64,000 nt of DNA. Source: Lama glama. Lineage: Eukaryota. The position numbers and the translations under genes are program-made. Below the pieces are notes generated by a model. The model saw nothing but the letters and a program-made list of their open reading frames with translations, did no database searches and had not been told where the DNA came from. The stretch lies in contig CM052818.1 in assembly GCA_028534125.1 (NCBI GenBank), positions 30,444,001-30,508,000 on the forward strand. The letters run 5' to 3'. Of the stretch, positions 35,353 to 49,102 are shown piece by piece (position 1 is the first letter of the stretch; each line of letters begins with the position of its first letter).

Positions 35353-37345
35353 AGGGATTTAGGCAAGAAAAAGAAAAGACCCAGACTGGAAAGGAAGAAG
35401 TAAAATTATATCTATTTGCAAATGTTATGATATTATATAAAAAACCTCAAGGAACTCACTAAAGACCTATTGAAGCTAATAAACAATTTCACCAAGGTTG
35501 AGGGTACAAGATCAGTATGAAAACTCAACTGCATTTCAGTACATTAACAATAAATAATCTGAAGGTGAAATTCAAAAACAGTTCCTTTTATAATAGCATA
35601 AAAATGTATAAAACAAGAATAATTTTGGCAAAAGAAGTGTTAAAATGAGTATGCTGAAACATTACTGAAATGAATGAAAGAGGATCTAAATAAATGAAAA
35701 GACATCTCATGTTCCTGGATTGGAAAACTTAGTATGTTAAAAATGGCAGTACTCCCTAGGTTGTTCTATAGATTCAACACAATGTTTATCAAAATCCTAG
35801 AAATCGACAAGCTGATTCTAAAATTCATGTGAACATGCAAGGGAACCTGTAATAGCCAAAATAATCTTGAGAAGAACAACAATTGTAGGACTCATACTTG
35901 TAATTTCAAAACTTACCACAGTGCTGTAGTAATCAAGATAGTATTCACTTTCATAAAATAAATGTAAAAATTAATGGAATAGGATTGAGTCCAGAAGTAA
36001 ATTCTAACTTTTATGGTCAATTGACTTTTGAAAAATACACCAAGACAATTCATTGGGGAAAATAATGACCTTTCAACAAGTGGTGTTGGGGAAGCTAGAT
36101 AGCCACATGCAAAAGTATGAATTTAGACTCCCACCTTGCACCATCCACATGAGTTAACTCAAAAAGAGCCACAGATTGAACTATAAGAGCTAAAACTATA
36201 AAACTCTTAAAATAAAATACAGGAGTAAATCTTCATGATCTTGGGTTAAGAATGATTTCTTAGATAGGTTACAAAAAGCACAAGTAATAAAACAGAAGAT
36301 TGATAAATTAGACTTCATTAAAATTAAGAACTTTTGTGCTTCAAAGAACACAGTCAAGAATATGAAAATGCAACTCACAGAGGGGGAGAAAATATTTTCA
36401 TATCAAGTATCTGATAAGGGACTGGTATCTAGAATATACGAAAACTTCTACAAACCCAGTCAAAATGAACAAATGATTTGAGTACTCATTTCTCCAAAGA
36501 AGATACACAAATGACCAATAAGCACATGAAAAGATGCTCAACATCTTTACCTATTAAGGAAATGCAAATCAAAACCACAGAGAGATACCACTTCATACCC
36601 ATGAGGATGTCTATAATCAAAAAGACAGATGACAAGCAAGGATGTGGAAAAATTGGAACCTTCATTCATTGCTGATGGGAGTATAAAATGATACTGCCAT
36701 TTTGGTAAAGCAGTTTGAGTTTCTAAAAATGTTAAACCTGGAGGGTACCATATGACCCACCAATTTCTCTTCTAAATATCTATCTACCCAAGAGAGTGAA
36801 AACATACATCCCCACAAAAACTTGTACATGAATGCTCACAGGAGCTTTTTTCATACTGTCCCCAAAGTGGAATGAACTTAAATGTCAATAAACAGGTGAG
36901 TGAATAAACAAAATGTCACATATCTATACATTGGAATATTAATTGGCAATATAAAGGAATGAAGTATGCTACATTTGGATGAACCTCAAATCATTATGCT
37001 AAGTGAAAGAAGCTAGTCACAAAAGACCACATATTGTGCGACACAATTTATATGAAATGTTCAGAGGAGACAAATCTGTAGAGACAGAAAAAAAAAATTA
37101 GTAGTCGCCTAAGGCTGACAGGAAAGGTGTGGAGTGAAGGGTCAGGGGTTGGGTTGTGACTGCCAGTGGTATAGGTTTCTTTTTGGGTGTAATGAAAATG
37201 TTAAAAAAAAAATAGGTTAAAGTGATGGATGCACAAGTCTGTAATTATGCTAAAAATCAGTGAACTGCACATTTTTAACAAATGAACATTATGGTATATA
37301 AATTATATCTCAATAAACTGATTAAAAGATTAAAAATAATACATT

Positions 37346-39613
37346 TTTATTTTATTTTATTTTTTAACTTTTTTTTTTCAGTTATAGTCATTTTACAATG
37401 TTGTGTCAAATTCCAGTGTAAAGCACAATTTGTCAGTTATATATGAACATACATATACTCATTGTCACATTTTTTTTTCGCTGTGAGATACCACAAGATC
37501 TTGTATATATTTTCATGTATAATCTTGTTTATCTCTTCTACATTTTGAAATCCCAGTCTGTCCCTTCCCACCCCCTACCCACTTGGCAACCACAAGTTTG
37601 TATTCTATATCTATAAGTCTGTTTCCATTTTGTATTTATGTTCTTTTTTTTTTTTAGATTCCTCATATGAGCGATCTCATATGGTATTTTTCTTTCTTTT
37701 TCTGGCTTGCTTCACTTAGAATGACATTTTCCAGGAACATCCATGTTGCTGCAAATGGCATTATGTTGTCGGTTTTTGTGGCTGAATAGTATTCCATTGT
37801 ATAAATATACCACATCTTCTTTATCCAGTCATCTGTTGATGGACATTTAGGCTGTTTCCATGTCTTGGCTATTGTAAATAGTGCTGCTATGAACAATTGG
37901 GTACATGTGTCTTTTTGAAGTAGGGTTCCTTCTGGATATATGCCCAGGAGTGGGATTCCTGGGTCATATGGTAAGTCTATTCCTAATCGTTTGAGGAATC
38001 TCCATACTGTTTTCCACATTGGCTGTATCAAACTGCATTCCCATCAGCAGTGTAGGAGGGTTCCCTTTTCTCCACAGCCTCTCCAATATTTGTCATTTGT
38101 GGACTTTTGAATGATGGCCATTCTGACTGGTGTGAGGTGATACCTCCTTGTAGTTTTGATTTGCATTTCTCTGATAATTAGTGATATTGAGCATTTTTTC
38201 ATGTGCCTATTGATCATTTGTATGTCTTCCTTGGAGAATTGCTTGTTTAGGTCTTCTGCCCATTTTTGGATTGGGTTGTTTGTTTTTTTCTTATTACGTT
38301 GTATGAGCTTATGTATTCTGGAGATCAAGCCTTTGTCAGTTTCATTTGCAAAAATTTTCTCCCATTCCATAGGTTGTCATTTTGTTTTACTTATGGTTTC
38401 CTTTGCTGTGCAGAAGCTTGTAAATTTAATTAGGTCCCATTTGTTTATTGCTTTTATTTCTATTGCTTGGGTAGACTGCCCTAGGAGAACATTTTTGAGA
38501 TGTATGTGAGGTAATGTTTGGTCTATATTTTCTTCTAGGAGGTTTATTGTATCCTGTCTTATGTTTAAGTCTTTGATCCATTTTGAGTGTATTTTTGTGT
38601 ATGGCGTAAGGGAGTGTTCTAGCTTCACTGATTTACATGCTGCTGTCCAGTTTTCCCAACACCATTTGCTGAAGAGACTGTCTTTATTCCATTGTATATT
38701 CTTGCCTCCTTTGTCAAAGATGAGTTGACCAAAACTTTGTGGGTTCATTTCTGGGCTCTCTATTCTGTTCCATTGGTCCATATGTCTGTTTTTGTACCAA
38801 TGCCATGCTGTCTTGATGACTGTGGCTCTATAGTATTGTCTGAAGTCTGGGAGAGTTACTCCTCCAGCCTTTTTCTTTTTCTTCAGTAATGTTTTGGCAG
38901 TTCTAGGTCTTTTGTGGTTCCATATAAATTTTACTAGGATTTGTTCTAGTTCTGTGAAATATGTCCTGGGTAATTTGATAGGGATTGCATTAAATCTGTA
39001 GATTGCCTTGGGCAGTATGACTATTTTAACAATATTGATTCTTCCAATCCAGGAGCATGGGATATCTTTCCACTTTTTAAAGTCTTCTTTAATTTCCTTA
39101 ATCAGTGTTTTATAGTTGTCCATGTATAAGTCTTTCACCTCCTTGGTTAGATTTATTCCTAGGTATTTTATTACTTTGGGTGCTATTTTAAAGGGGATTA
39201 TTTCTTTGCTTTCTTTTTCTGTTGATTCATCGTTAGTGTAAAGAAATGCAACTGATTTTTGAACGTTAATCTTGTAACCTGCTACCTTGCTGAATTCTTC
39301 GATTATTTCTAGCAGTTTTTGTGTGGACCTTTTAGGGTTTTCTATATATAGTATCATGTCATCTGCATATAGTGACACTTTTACTTCTTCTTTTCCAATG
39401 TGGATCCCTTTTATTTCTCTCTCTTGCCTGATTGCTGTGGCTAGGACTTCCAAGACTATGTTGGATAGGAGTGGTGATAGTGGGCAGCCTTGCCTTGTCC
39501 CAGATTTTGGTGGGACGCTTTTGAGTTTTTCACCGTTGAGTGCTACACTAGCTGTAGGTCTGTTTATAGCTTTTATTATGTTGAGATATGTTCCTTTTAT
39601 ACCCACTTTAGTG
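37346..39613 (-). mobile_element. Young lineage-specific L1, 5'-truncated (2.27 kb)
   Basis: Perfect 14-bp TSD aaaaataatacatt (37332-37345; 39614-39627), T-rich tail, 3'UTR and long ORF2 remnants. Confidence 0.97.
37663..39606 (-). pseudogene. L1 ORF2p remnant (reverse transcriptase and C-terminal domain), frameshifted
   Basis: 409-aa ORF with [20 protein letters not shown] and KYLGINL. The C-terminus is split into ORFs 38044-38370 and 37663-38031 (KKMWYIYTMEYYSA). Confidence 0.95.
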
Positions 39614-39649
39614 AAAAATAATACATTAAAAAAAAAAAGAGAGTTTAAA

Positions 39650-41008
39650 GTAAGCCAGTCACAAAAGGATGAGTAGTGTATGATTCAGGTACCTGGAGTA
39701 GTTACATTCACAGTGACAGAAGGTAGAATGGTGGTGTCCAGCAGCTGGAGCTAACTCTAAACCTTAAGCATAAAGAATATACTCTTTTTTCAAGTGCCTA
39801 TAAAATAGTCACAAAACTGATTATATTTTTCTCACAAAAAGAAAATCAGTTTCAAAAGATTTGACAAAGAAGAACGTATACTTCCAATGCTGTTTAAACT
39901 GCTCCAGAGCAAGCAAGAAGAGAATGTAATAAGCACAACTTGACAAAGATGCATGCACTAAAACAGAAAAATAGATACTGTCCTTACTTATGACTATCAG
40001 TGAAAATGAATAAATAAAATATTAGGAAACAGAATCCAGGAGCACCTCAAATGAAAAAATACATTACGACCAAGTGGGATCTAGTTCAGGAATACAAGGA
40101 AAGGTCCATATTAGAAAATCAACAATGATTTTTCATGAACAAGAGAAATAAAATAGGAATAGTGGAAATTTTATTGATAGACACATAAGTATTACATGTA
40201 GAGATGATACGACTCTATACTTTGAAATTGTAAATAAATTAAAAAGCTATGTCAAACAGTAGGAGAATTCAATAAAATAGCACACAAAATTAATATAGAG
40301 GCATCAGTAGTGATATATCTATATCAATATATATCAACCAGTTAGAAGATAAGAGTTCATTTAAAATAGCAATCAGAAAGATAAAACAGCTAAGAATTCA
40401 GCAAGATGCATATTGGAGAAAACTTTAGAACTCTTTAGAAAGACAGGAGAAGAATTAAATAAATACAAACATTCTTCATAAAGCTGGTAATTCTCCCCAG
40501 GTTAAATTATACATTTCAATTGCTCCCAATAGAAGTACCAATACTTTTTCCCCTGAAATGGAAAGTGTATTCTGAAGTTCATATATCAAATGAAACAAAT
40601 AAGAACAACCAAAAAATTCTAACAGAAAGGATCTGTGGGGAAGGGCTAAACCCACCAGATATTAAACCATCAACAATTTAAAAAGTATGATATTGGTGTT
40701 TGAAAGAGGCAAGAGGACAAATGGAATAGAATAGAGTGTCCAAAAACAAACCCATATACATATAGGAATTTAGTAGGTGATAAGATATCTCCAATCAGTA
40801 GGGGAAAAGATGGACTGTTCAAGTAGTGATGGGACAACTAGGGTTACCTAGAAAAAGATAAACTTTGATCTGTACTTCATACTACAGTAGGATAAATTCA
40901 AAGCAAATCAAAGATTTAGACAAAAAAATGAAGTCAAATAAATGCAATAAAACATAACAAAATTCCTTTATAACTTTGGAGTAGAGACTACCCTTCTAAT
41001 TATGACTA
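39650..41008 (+). mobile_element. Old L1 fragments (short L1MB-type 3' piece, then L1M5/L1ME-type ORF2)
   Basis: aagccagtcacaaaaggatgagtagtgtatgattc; gaccaagtgggatctagttcaggaatacaagg; tggaatagaatagagtgtcca. Confidence 0.75.
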
Positions 41009-41039
41009 TAAATCTAGTGTGTAACTCCCTTTGGGCCCT

Positions 41040-41326
41040 TGGGAGGGCTCCTGACATGTCACTGGGCAGGTCCCTGGGTGAGCAGGATTGGCCCAGGACC
41101 CACAGCTAGAAGGAGTTGGGACTGAGTCACAGGTCTGCTCAAGGGTCACAGCTGTGACTGAGCCCTGCAGGCTTACCTCTGTTGGCACAGGTGGGTGGGC
41201 TTCCCACTGGGTTCCTGGGTTGGCAAAATTGCCCCAGAATTGTGGCTATGGAGGACTAGAGTCCGATCACAGGGCTGTTTCAAGATCTGCAGATAGACCA
41301 AGAGGTAGGCCTACTTCTGGGGCACA
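41040..41326 (-). mobile_element. GC-richer block of two degenerate ~125-bp monomers, resembling old L1 (L1M3/L1M4) 5'UTR repeats
   Basis: ggtccctgggtgagcaggattggccc...gagtcacaggtctgctcaag is echoed by ggttcctgggttggcaaaattgccc...gatcacagggctgtttcaag. Confidence 0.5.
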
Positions 41327-41399
41327 ATCCTTAAACGTTAATTTTTCTTAAGAGTTTTCTTCATGGCCCAGTTGCTCTTTTCATTCTAAATGCTCTTTG

Positions 41400-42600
41400 T
41401 GGGCCACCTCATCCACTTTCATGTTTTTAATTTCCATATGTATGTTGATGATTCTTGAATCTGAGTCTCCAGGCTGAACTTGTCACTGGTTTCAGACCGA
41501 TTATCCCACTGTGGGCTGGAGTTGTATATTTGGATATCCTCCTGGACCTGGGAGGCTGATGTTCCACTCCACCTGGTCATGCCAGCCAGAAACTGAGACT
41601 CATCTTTGATAACCCCTTTCTGTCACTCCTCACGTCCAGTTGCCAGTTTTGCTACCTTCCTCTCCTAGATATTTCTCTTCTGTTTAGTTCTACTGTCATT
41701 GTCCTAGTTCAGACTCTCTGTCTTAGATACATGTTACATAGTTCACACATTTAACTAAAAATGATCTTTTAGAAAGTGAGTATAATCATGTCGCTCCCCT
41801 GGTTGAAATTCCTATTGCTGCTGTAACAAATTACCACAAACTTAGCGGTTTAAAACTGCATAAATTTATTATCTTATAGTTCTGCTATAGATATGATATC
41901 TTATGGTCAGAAGTCCAAAATCAACCTCACTGGGCTGAAATCAAGGTGTTGCTTCTGGAGGCTCTAGGGGAAAGTCTGTTTCCTTGTCTTTTTCATCTTC
42001 TAGAGGCTGTCTGAATTCTTGGGCCTGGGACCCCTTCTTTGTATCACTCCATCTTCTGATGTCACAGCTCCTACTACTACACTGATTTTCCTGCCGTCTC
42101 CTTATAAGTACTCTGTGTTTACATTGGATACTCCTGGATAATTCAGGGTAATCTCTCCATTTTAAGATCTTTAACTTAATCATACCTGCAAAGTCCCTTT
42201 TGCCATGGAAAGTAACATATTCACAGGTTCTAGGAATTAGGACGTGGGCATCTCTAGAGGGTCATTGTTCAGCCTACCATAGTCCCTGCCACTTATAAAA
42301 ATAAGTTCAAGTACCTTAGGCAGCATAACAATCCCTCTTTGTCTTAGCCACTGCCTATCTTTCCAGCCTCATGTCTTTTCAGCTCCCTGCCATCCACTTC
42401 AGGTTCTGTAAGTACCAATATCAAACTGGTTGTAGTTACTCACCACTGCCATTGTGTTGTTTTGATCATCAGTGTCTCTCACAGAATTTCTTCTACCTGA
42501 AACACTCTTTCCACTTTTATTTCCCTGGCTAACTCTCATTCACTCTTCAGAATGTGGTTCAAGTATCTCAAGGAAGATTTCCCTGTCTCTCCAAGTGCCA
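41400..42600 (+). mobile_element. L2 fragment split by an MLT1 LTR
   Basis: catatgtatgttgatgattcttgaatct, ccagaaactgagactcatctttgat, ataatcatgtcgctccc; resumes ataaaaataagttcaagtaccttag after 42282. Confidence 0.7.
41805..42282 (-). mobile_element. MLT1D/MLT1C-like MaLR solo LTR
   Basis: ttcctattgctgctgtaacaaattaccacaaacttag...cttctggaggctctagggga...ctgcaaagtcccttttgccatg...ttcagcctaccata. Confidence 0.9.
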
Positions 42601-43854
42601 ATTAAGAAATTTGATAAACACTTATTGACTGCCTAATGTATGCCAAATGTTGGTGAACAAGAAAGAAATCATCCTGTCCTCATGGAACTTAGAGCTCAAT
42701 GGTTGAAAAAGACATTAAACAAATTGTTAAATCCTGGGCATATGTTTATGTTTCAGGTGAAGTTTTGGCAAATGTCAAGAAGATTCCTTTCTCCCTGATG
42801 AGTTCCTTCAGTGAGTGAAGGGTTAGGCGTCTCCGAGACAGTTATCTGCTGAAAGAGCTTTTCAGCAAATCTCCTCTAGTGTCTACTCAATATTAAGTAA
42901 TAATGGGATAATAGCGTGCATCGCTCTCTCCGTTAGTGAGGCCTCTCTTCTTTAATCATTCCAACGTTTGAGCAGATATTCAAGACATCCTCTAAGATGA
43001 ATTCTTCCATGGTTAAGCTCTGTGGATAAGGCCTGATCCCTGTTTCTCTTCCTTTGGATAATCTCTTTCTCTCAAGATGGGTGACAGTGATGCCAAGTAA
43101 TTATAATTTTTTATTTCTTAAGTCATTAAGAGGCAAATATTCTCTCTTTCCTTATAGAGACATCACAAAGTTGTAAGCATGAAAAAAATTCTCATTATAC
43201 AGTACAAGATTTAATAAAGAATGTCATATACTCTCTCTTTATTCCCTGTTATAACATTTCGTGGGACTATTACAGCTGTAGTCCTGTCATGTCAAATGCT
43301 CCTATTCTTCATTTGTTAAATCAGTATGATCATTGATAAAGGAAGTACTGTCTCATGGCAAATGACCAAAGTACTTTATGGGCTACTTATGCAGGATTGT
43401 GTAAGGACCTTCCAGCACTTTCTGTCTTAGCACTAAACATATGATAATACTATGGTAGCAAAATTGTAAAATTTAATTAAAAATTTTAGTTAAAATTTTA
43501 TTATAGTAGCAATATACTTATCACAGGAAAAAGAATAATAAAAGCAAGATAGAGAGGAAAACTTATTCTAAAGCCTAATCACCCAAAGAAAACTACTATT
43601 GATACTTTGATGTATATTCTTCCAAATCTCCTTATCCCAAACAATGTCTCTAAATGGTATTATTTGTACATTATTTTATAATATACTTTTTCCCACTTAG
43701 TGTTACATTTTAACCATCTATTCATGTCGATAAATATGCTTCAATAAGGTGATTTTAAGGGTTATATAATATTTCATTGTGTAAATGTAACAACTTAATT
43801 AATCAAACCCTTCTCATTGGATATTTAGGTCATTTTCCCCTTGTTTTGTAGATT

Positions 43855-46100
43855 TGACTTTGGAACCATATAAATGATTTAATTTTAAATAATTATAAAA
43901 CAAAATTAAGTTAACAAATCTCTTAAAACCAAAAGCAAATGAAACAAATTGAGTTTGTATCGAGTTGGTTGCTTAACCACATAGAGAGATTTCAGGAATT
44001 TTGGGAATCATAATTTGACAGTACATCCCTAGTGAAAATGCCCAGACAAAGAGACCTGGAAAGTATTTATAAAACAGTTTTCAGTAATTATATAGTCAAT
44101 AATAAACTTGGCATTCATACATTTTTTTGGCATTCATATTTAAAACATATATATAGTATACATAGATTAATAAATATAAATAAAAATATGTAGTGGTGTT
44201 AATATCATTAGTAACTATGATTTTCTTGGCATGAACAAAAAGAAATATAAAAATTAAAATTATTGAAGTTTAGTTAAAACCCTGTATTTCTAAATTTGAA
44301 TTGGAAATATCCAAACAAATTCATGATACATTTTTCTTAAAAAACCTTTGATAACTCAATTTTTTGAAAACACTTGAGAACAATGACCAAAATAGTAGCA
44401 ATGAGGTATTTATGATCTCTAAATACCACTTTCCATTTATAGTATCCAGGTCCTTGTGAAAATGGCTGATTCCAGGTCTGAGGCATTTTTTTTTTTAATA
44501 AAAGCAAGGAAGTAATTAGAGACTGCTGAAATCTTGTTAAAAGGACGATAAACTTAGGAACCACCTTGAAAAGTGGCCACCTACCAGTGGCAAAATATGG
44601 GACAGTATGAGTGTCAATAAGAGTAATAACCTCAATGGATTGAAACACATTATATATTTTAAAGTTCATGGCTTCATAATGATATAAGAAGTAAAAAATC
44701 AACTAACTGGTCATCTTGTCAAGATGCTAGGGAATAAACTTTTTTATTCAGAGAAGTGCTAAATAGAGGGAAAATTTTCAAGAATTTACCTTGTCTTTCC
44801 TTATGAATTATTTCATAATGAAAACAACTTGCTGATAAAGAAGTTTCTCTCTCTGGAAGTATCCCTGATAATTAATGAAGAAATTATGATATATTTAAAA
44901 TATCACATTTTCAACCCCTAGTGAAATAATGGATCCAGGAAATGATTCTCAATGACTGCTGATACACACACAAAAGAAAATTAGACAATATTTGCTTCAT
45001 GATGCAAGTTCACAGTACTACCTATGAAGCACTTGTAAAAGAAAATCAAACCTGTATCAAGAGATTCTATATCTAATTACCTATTTGCAGCAAATATGGT
45101 GATTAGAAACGTGTTACAGAGCACCACAGAGGTGCAATCAGCAAACTTCAGACTCTGGGAAATCGTAACTTTTTTCTTCAGCAGATAAGTTGCAGGAAGA
45201 AAAAGGAAGGGATACCTAAAGATTTAAGAGACTCAATAACCAAATGAAATGATATGGCCTTGTTTAGGTCATGACTCAACATATATTGTAGAAGGCAACA
45301 AATATATGTGGCAACAAAGACAGTTTGATTACTGATTAAACTATATGACAATGTTAAGGAACTATCATTAATTTATTTTAAAAAGAGGGAGCACTTATCT
45401 TCCAGTGATACATACTAAAATTCTGATGGATGAAATTTTATGATGATTGGGATTTGCTACACCATATTCCAGTGGCAGGAGTTCGGGGTAAGTAAAGAGG
45501 AAAGAAAAATAGCCACAAATTGATGATTATTGTAGCTGGATGTGGCAGGTGAGTTACAAAAATAGCTTCAGTTCTCCATTTCCCTTGTACCCATTCTCTT
45601 GCAGCTATTCCCATCAAGTGATGGAATCTACATCCCCACTCTTCAAATCTGCTTTGGCCGTTGAAATGCAGCAAAAGTAACTGCGTGCCAGTTCAAAGCC
45701 TGGCTTTAAGAGCTTTCACTTTCTCAGAACCTTGCCCATGAGAACAAGCCTATGCCAGCCTCCTGGAAGGTAAGAGACATGTAAAGAAGAGCTGGGACAC
45801 ATCAGTGAACAGCCTGCCAACCTGGCAGAGCTCTCTAATTCACCTGCAGCTGACTACAGTTACAGGAAGGAGCCCGCTAGAGACCAGAACAATTGTCCAG
45901 CTGATCCCAGTCTTAAACGGCCTGCCTGCAGAGTCATGAACCAACTAAAGGGTTGTTGTTTTAAGCCACTAATTTGGGGGTTACTTGCTATGAAGCAATA
46001 GCTTATTGAAACACTGGGTGTTGGGCACATTGTAGTTTATAATAATATATTCTCTGTTTTTATGAATGTTTGAAATTTTCTATAATGAACTGTTAAAAAA
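43855..46100 (+). mobile_element. L1MC4/L1MC5-like long 3'UTR
   Basis: gaaaatggctgattccaggtctgaggca, ggcaaaatatgggacagtatgagtgtcaataag, gcaatcagcaaacttcagactctggga; ends gtttgaaattttctataat. Split by an LTR at 45541-46013. Confidence 0.8.
45541..46013 (+). mobile_element. MLT1F/G-like MaLR solo LTR
   Basis: TG...CA termini, 5-bp TSD ctgga/ctggg, ttgttgttttaagccactaatttggggg 3' motif. Confidence 0.88.
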
Positions 46101-46136
46101 TATCTGAGGTGTTGGAAGGGGTGCTTGGTAGTTGTT

Positions 46137-47025
46137 TGTAGTTGCCTATTCTCTTTTTCCTAACTCAGCACACCTTCATTTTATTTGGGGTGGCAATGGT
46201 AGTTAAAAATGCTCACCTCCATAAACATCCTTGCAGCTAGTAATGGACATGTGACCCAGTTATGACAATGAAAAAACAAATGCAGAAGTTTCCCAAGTGT
46301 AAAATCCACGAAGTCTATTATTTTTTTTCTAATAAAAAGAAATGGACTCAACTGGCATAAAAGCTTGCCCCTTATTATACTTTTTCCCTCTTGCTTGGAA
46401 CATTGATATGATGTTTGAAAATATAGCCTTTATTTTAGATTTTAGTTTGTCAGACTATAAGGAACTTCTTCCAGATTTGATGGAGATGATTGCATATCAC
46501 CTGGGAATGCTAGATTTGGAGCTGGATTTAATGACTGGATGTCACTTGAGAATGTCCCTTTAGGAGGGAGGGAGTGTGTTCTGTGAATGGATGGGAGTGT
46601 GAAACAGATTTCTGGTGACCAGAAGGGCAACGATGGCAGAAATCTCACCAAATATGTTTCTTCTTCCTGGACACAGGCAAATGTACATCTCCCAGGCTCC
46701 TTGTTTCTAAGGTGCAGCTATGAGACTAGTTCTCTTTAATAGAATGTGAGAAGGAATGACATGGTCTCAGGCAGTTAAGAGTGAGTGCCTTCTATGTACA
46801 TTCATCCCCCACCTACCAAGCGGATGCTGCAGGCTATCTTGAAAATATGTGTTCAAGATGGTAAAGCCAAAGCATGGAAGAAAGCCTGGACCCTCAGGCA
46901 CCCCTTGGGGTAGAACAGTCCAACTCTATGACATAAGAAAGAAATAAGCCTTTATTGTGTTAAGACATTGAGATTGGGGATTTATTTATTATTGTAGCAT
47001 AGCTCAGCCCACCCTGACTAATACA
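46137..47025 (+). mobile_element. Old MaLR pieces (MLT1H/I/J-like LTR fragment, internal 3' end, LTR ~46632-47025)
   Basis: ccttgcagctagtaatggacatgtgacccagtt; polypurine-tract-like ccagaagggcaac; ending ttattgtgttaagacattgagattgggg...ctgactaataca. Confidence 0.7.
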
Positions 47026-48328
47026 ATGCCTACTCATCCTGCAGTCTGATATGATGTGTAAACATATCTATTTAAAACTCACATGATTCTTATCCCCCTC
47101 TTCCCATACCTTACTCCATTCCACTACCCACTTCTACCTCCCCACTTTCAAGTCATTGGCTTAATTTAAGAAGCTTATTAGAAGTCAGATATATTCCAAA
47201 GGTCAATTTAGAGGGGAAATGTTGCAGTTGAGAGGAGGATATTACCTGAGAGTTAAAGGTTATTTTAGCTGGCAGGTTCGAAGAAAGGAGACTGCTCTAA
47301 AATGGAGGATTTCTATTTCTTACTTTTTCCCTCCTTCCCTCCCTTCCTTCCTTTCTTCCTATTGTGTCAGAAAAAGTACATGGTTATTTTGAAATCCTGA
47401 AATGAAAATGATCTGATGGTAGTGGCTGGAGGGAAGATAGATAATTTTCAGTGAGGATTCCTAATCAATGGTAAATATGTGACTATTTAAAAAAATTTTT
47501 TAAACATTTTTTAATTGAGTAATAGTCATTTTACAATGTTTTGTCAAATTCCAGTGTAGAGTACAATTTGTCAGTTATACATGAACATACACATATTCAT
47601 TGTCACATTTTTTTTTTGCTGTGAGCTACCATAAGATCTTGTATATATTTCCCTGTGCTATAAAGTATAATCTTGTTTATCTATTCTACATTTTGAAATC
47701 CCAGTCTGTCCCTTCCCACCCCCTGCCCCCTTGGCAACCACAAGTTTGTATTCTATGTCTATGAGTCTGTTTCTGTTTTGTATTTATGTTTTTTTTTAGA
47801 TACCACATATGAGCGATCTCATATGGTATTTTTCTTTCTCTTTCTGGCTTACTTCACTTAGAATGACATTCTCCAGGAGCATCCATGTTGCTGCAAATGG
47901 CGTTATGTTGTCAGTTTTTATTGAGTAGTATTCCATTGTATAAATATACCACTTCTTCTTTATCCAGTCATCTGTTGATGGACTTCTAGGCTGCTTCCAT
48001 GTTTTGGCTATTGTAAATAGTGCTGCTATGAACATTGGGGTGCAGGTGTCATTTTGAGTCGGGTTCCTTCTGGATATATGACCAGGAATGGGATTTCTGG
48101 GTCATATGGTAAGTCTATTCCTAGTCTTTTGAGGAATCTCCATACTGTTTTCCACAGTGGCTTTCCTTGCTTCCCTCTCCCACTCTTAATGATTTAGATG
48201 TCTTCTTTTACAATTTTATGTTTATTCCATTTGTAATTCATGGCAGTTATCACCTTCCCAGTTATGAGTTTCTCATACCTTCCCAGTTATGAGTTTCTCA
48301 TTTTTGTAGCATCCTGCTTCTTTTCTAT

Positions 48329-49102
48329 TTAGAGTAGACCTGTCAATATTTCTTTTAGCATGGGTTTAGTGTTGCTAAACTCTTTTAATTTTTGCTTGTC
48401 TGTGAAGTTCTTTATCTTTCCTTCTATTCCAAAGGATAGCCTTGCTGGATAGAGTATCCTAAGCTGAATCTTTTTTTCATTCAGGACTTTGAATATATCT
48501 TGCCACTCCCTTCTGGCCTGTAGTGTTTGTGTAGAGAAATTAGCTGAGAGCCTTATGGGGGTTCCCTTCTAACTCGCTCTTTGTTTTTCTCTTGCTACCT
48601 TTAGGATCATTTCTTTATCCTTGACTCTGGCCATCTTGATTATGTTATGTCTTGGTGTGGGTTTCTTTGGGCTCTTCTTGTTTGGGACCCTNNNNNNNNN
48701 NNNNNNNNNNNNNNNNNNNNNNNNNNNNNNNNNNNNNNNNNNNNNNNNNNNNNNNNNNNNNNNNNNNNNNNNNNNNNNNNNNNNNNNNNNNTGTCTTCTA
48801 GGTCACTTATTTGTTCCTCTGCATTATCTAGCCTGCTTTGTACAGCCTTTTAGGTCAGCTCTCATCTCAGCAAATGAGTTTACTAATTCTACTTGGTTCT
48901 TCTTTATAGCTTCTGTTTCATTTTTGACATATTTTATATCTTTAAACACTATTTCTTCTAGTTCCTTCAGTATTTTGATCACTCCTTTTTTGAAATCTTG
49001 ATCTAGTAGGCCATCAATGTCTATTTCCTTGATTGTGCTTTCAGGGAATTTCTCTTGATCTTTTAATTGGGAGTGGTTCCTCTGCTTCTTCATATTGCTC
49101 AT
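48329..49102 (-). pseudogene. L1 ORF1p, disrupted and spanning an assembly gap
   Basis: N-terminus MSNMKKQRNHSQLK... (ORF track). Manual translation after the gap gives TPRHNIIKM..AREKQRAS*KGTPIRLSANFS..QARREW..ILYPARLSF..ILTGLL*, with one in-frame stop. Confidence 0.92.
48692..48791. other. Assembly gap (100 N)
   Basis: Run of 100 n characters. Confidence 1.

Larger units (their letters stand above)
34215..37330 (+). mobile_element. Old L1 (L1MB7/8-like): ORF2 fragments through the 3' end
   Basis: ORF-track 36478-36675 ([21 protein letters not shown]) is the ORF2 C-terminus. The 3'UTR ends ttatatctcaataaactg. Interrupted at 34303-34355 and 34994-35352. Confidence 0.9.

Noticed and set aside
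38377..39606. 409-aa reverse transcriptase ORF as a novel or functional gene
   Set aside because: Ordinary L1 ORF2 in a 5'-truncated copy with no promoter or endonuclease and a frameshifted C-terminus.
42848..42868. Hairpin tgctgaaa-gagct-tttcagca in a unique patch with some CpGs
   Set aside because: An 8-bp stem is expected by chance; no ncRNA motif or meaningful ORF nearby.
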